The notes beneath the pieces are model-generated. The model was not told the DNA's origin. It ran no database searches and was given only the letters and a program-made list of their open reading frames with translations. Both the position numbers and the translations under genes were made by a program. A stretch of DNA of 64,000 nt from Trichodelitschia bisporula (lineage: Eukaryota), in NCBI GenBank assembly GCA_010356995.1, contig ML996688.1, positions 248,001 through 312,000 of the forward strand, given 5' to 3'. Every line of letters starts with the position of its first letter. Within the stretch, counting starts at the first letter, position 1. Positions 61,942-64,000 of this stretch are shown piece by piece.

Positions 61942-63750
61942 TCAATGCCCCCCACCCCCCTTCTCCCCAACCTTGCGCGCCCTCTCCACCCACCCTTTGG
62001 CAGCAGCCTCCAGGTCCCCGACCTCCCGCCGTACTATCTTCTCTACCACCCTCCCCCTCTCCTCCGCCCCTATCTCCATCATCTCTGACGAGGGCCGCCC
62101 AACCACACACGCATTCCGCGTACTCGGTATTCTCAGCATCTCCTTCTCAACCCTGAACCCTAGCTCCGCGGACAGGGAGGCGACGTACGCCGTCAGCGCG
62201 GCGTAGGCGGAGGGCGGTTTGGATTTGCGGGCTAGGGAACCGGCTTTTGGGCCGGGACCGTCGGCGGAAGGGGATGTGGCAGAGTGTAGAGGGTCGGCAA
62301 TGGATGGGGAGGGCGTTGAGGCGGTGGGACTGGTAGTAGAGAAGCGGGTGCGAGCCCCAGCTAGGTCATGACTACAACACGGAATCGCCACAAACGCACT
62401 CGCCGACAGACTTGCCAGCAGTGGCGTCCAGGGCGTGAGTTCGTCGGCGTGGTTGGCAATTAGGAAGGTGTGGGGGGGGAAAAGGCCGTTGTGCCATGGG
62501 GTTCCACCCTCTGAACCACCAGGGGCAGGTGGGGCAGAGTCTGGTGTAGGTCCGGAGGCCGGAGAGTCTGATGTGGGTTCGGCGGCAGAAGTATCTGGTG
62601 TTGACTGGGGAGCAGGCGTGCCCGCGGCGTCTTGGAAGACTCGGGGAACGAGGAGGAGCTCTTTGAGATGGGCGGAGGTGGAAGGGGGCAGAGCGGACCA
62701 CGTCTTGCGCGCGCGCGCATCGAAGCCCCATCCTTCCCACCCCTCGGAGCGGAGGATGTGGACTAGAAGGCCGTTGCCGCAGCCAATGTCGACGAAGCCG
62801 GGGAACGGGGGCCTTTCTTCCCCTCCCCCCTCCTTCCCCCTTCCCTCATCCCCCTCTCCGCCCGGCCTCCGAGGAGCCGCATACACCCCCCCCCAAACCT
62901 CAACCAAAAACGCTGCAATCCCCAAATCCTCAAACACATGCTTACTCGGATCCGTCGTCTCCACCCAGCCCTCAATCAATCTTCTCGCATATGTGCCCTT
63001 CAACCGGGTATACGTATCCTGCACCGCCTTTTGCGGGACGAGCAGGTCGTGATGCACGCGCTTTGTGTAGCCTGCTTTTTGGCCTAGACTGTGCTTGGTG
63101 ATGATTTGGGCGAGGGCGAGGGCCGTGCGGGTGAGGCGCGGGGTGAGGGGGGTGGTGGGGAAGAGGGCGTAGTGGATTGATAGGGAGCCGGCGTTGGGGT
63201 TAGAGGAGTTGGAGGGGGGGCCTGAGGCAGGGGAGATGTGTTGGAAGGCGAGGGCGCGGACGGTTGGGTGGTAGTACGGCATATCGTCGGGCGAGGTTAC
63301 GTGCGGGATATACAGCACGACACTCTCCTCCTCCCCACCGGCGGTGGTGCGGCTGAAGAGATGGCATGTCTGCACCAGACTCGCATCCAGCGCCGGATTC
63401 CGCGGCACGAGGCGGCGGACAAAAGTCCTTGTCCTCTCATACCCGGGGACGGAAGCAGGAAGGGGGCGCAACTCGGGCTTCATGTGGCGGGTGAAGGAGT
63501 CCGCCTCTGTGCCGTCGGCGGAGGGGAGGGAGGCGTCATTGTCGCTGTCGTAGTAGATCTCGGCGCGGAAGAGGTAGCTGCTCGTGATGTTGGGGTTGCG
63601 AATTAGGTTTAGCATTACTTTGCTGAAGAATTCGAGCTCGTAGGGAGCCGGGGTGCGGAGGATGGAGAGCCATGTTTCGCCTGGGATATTGAAGGTTGGT
63701 TCATCTAGGGTTAGGTCGGTAGTGTCGATGGGGGTTGCGGTGGGAGGCAT
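61942..63750 (-). CDS. TRM44: tRNA(Ser) Um44 2'-O-methyltransferase
   Basis: NPNITSSYLFRAEI, YTKRVHHD, TDPSKHVFEDLGIAAFL, FVDIGCGNGLL, IANHADELTPW, IPCCSH, EMLRIPSTRN. Confidence 0.95.
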   Translation of the reverse strand: MPPTATPIDTTDLTLDEPTFNIPGETWLSILRTPAPYELEFFSKVMLNLIRNPNITSSYLFRAEIYYDSDNDASLPSADGTEADSFTRHMKPELRPLPASVPGYERTRTFVRRLVPRNPALDASLVQTCHLFSRTTAGGEEESVVLYIPHVTSPDDMPYYHPTVRALAFQHISPASGPPSNSSNPNAGSLSIHYALFPTTPLTPRLTRTALALAQIITKHSLGQKAGYTKRVHHDLLVPQKAVQDTYTRLKGTYARRLIEGWVETTDPSKHVFEDLGIAAFLVEVWGGVYAAPRRPGGEGDEGRGKEGGGEERPPFPGFVDIGCGNGLLVHILRSEGWEGWGFDARARKTWSALPPSTSAHLKELLLVPRVFQDAAGTPAPQSTPDTSAAEPTSDSPASGPTPDSAPPAPGGSEGGTPWHNGLFPPHTFLIANHADELTPWTPLLASLSASAFVAIPCCSHDLAGARTRFSTTSPTASTPSPSIADPLHSATSPSADGPGPKAGSLARKSKPPSAYAALTAYVASLSAELGFRVEKEMLRIPSTRNACVVGRPSSEMMEIGAEERGRVVEKIVRREVGDLEAAAKGWVERARKVGEKGGGGH

Positions 63751-64000
63751 TTGGTGGTTTGGTTGCTGGTTTATGGGGGGAGGTTAAGGTGAGGTTGGGG
63801 GACAGGGTCGCGAGAGCATGTGATATCGCGATGATTCTTCGCGTCTAGATTTTGGATTATTGAATCGCTTTGACCAGTCTCAAGATATGGTCAAATTGAA
63901 CATGATCGGAAAGCTATCTTCCCTTCATTCAAACCGGCAGCCACAAGGCCACACCTCATCCATTGCAAACACGCATATGCCAACCGGCTTTTCAACCCCC

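Noticed and set aside
5932..63750. Apparent grouping of RNA-metabolism genes (TRM6, DCP1, TRM44)
   Set aside because: Widely separated housekeeping genes with no evidence of a functional cluster.
63868..63895. Hairpin TTTGACCA...TGGTCAAA upstream of TRM44
   Set aside because: Only an 8-bp stem, with no tRNA or snoRNA features to support an RNA gene.

Overview
Eukaryotic, intron-containing, GC-rich DNA from a filamentous ascomycete (Pezizomycotina-like), with two assembly gaps (N-runs at ~22780-22813 and ~57856-57959). About 18 mostly conserved genes: a Leu3/LeuB-like Zn2Cys6 factor, proline dehydrogenase, TRM6, RFC3, ARC18, the divergent methylcitrate synthase/methylisocitrate lyase pair, PLS1 tetraspanin, MCM1, an Hnm1-like permease, a small secreted Pro-repeat/Cys-rich protein, an HTD2-like hydratase, a possible Nse6/SLF2-like protein, a Dnf1/2 flippase, an uncharacterised 926-aa protein, LDAH, an OCRL-like inositol 5-phosphatase, DCP1 and TRM44. 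Decayed mobile or repetitive DNA lies between them: a 210-bp tandem repeat, Ty3/Gypsy remnants, and a ~9.5-kb island with no intact gene that holds a Mutator-like transposase split by ~3.4 kb of gene-like fragments. I found no clearly new multi-gene system. The best leads are the secreted Cys-rich repeat protein, the split MULE with cargo, a coding-like in-frame extension past the TRM6 stop, and alternating C-rich/G-rich blocks. All calls come from motif recognition by eye; no database searches were run.
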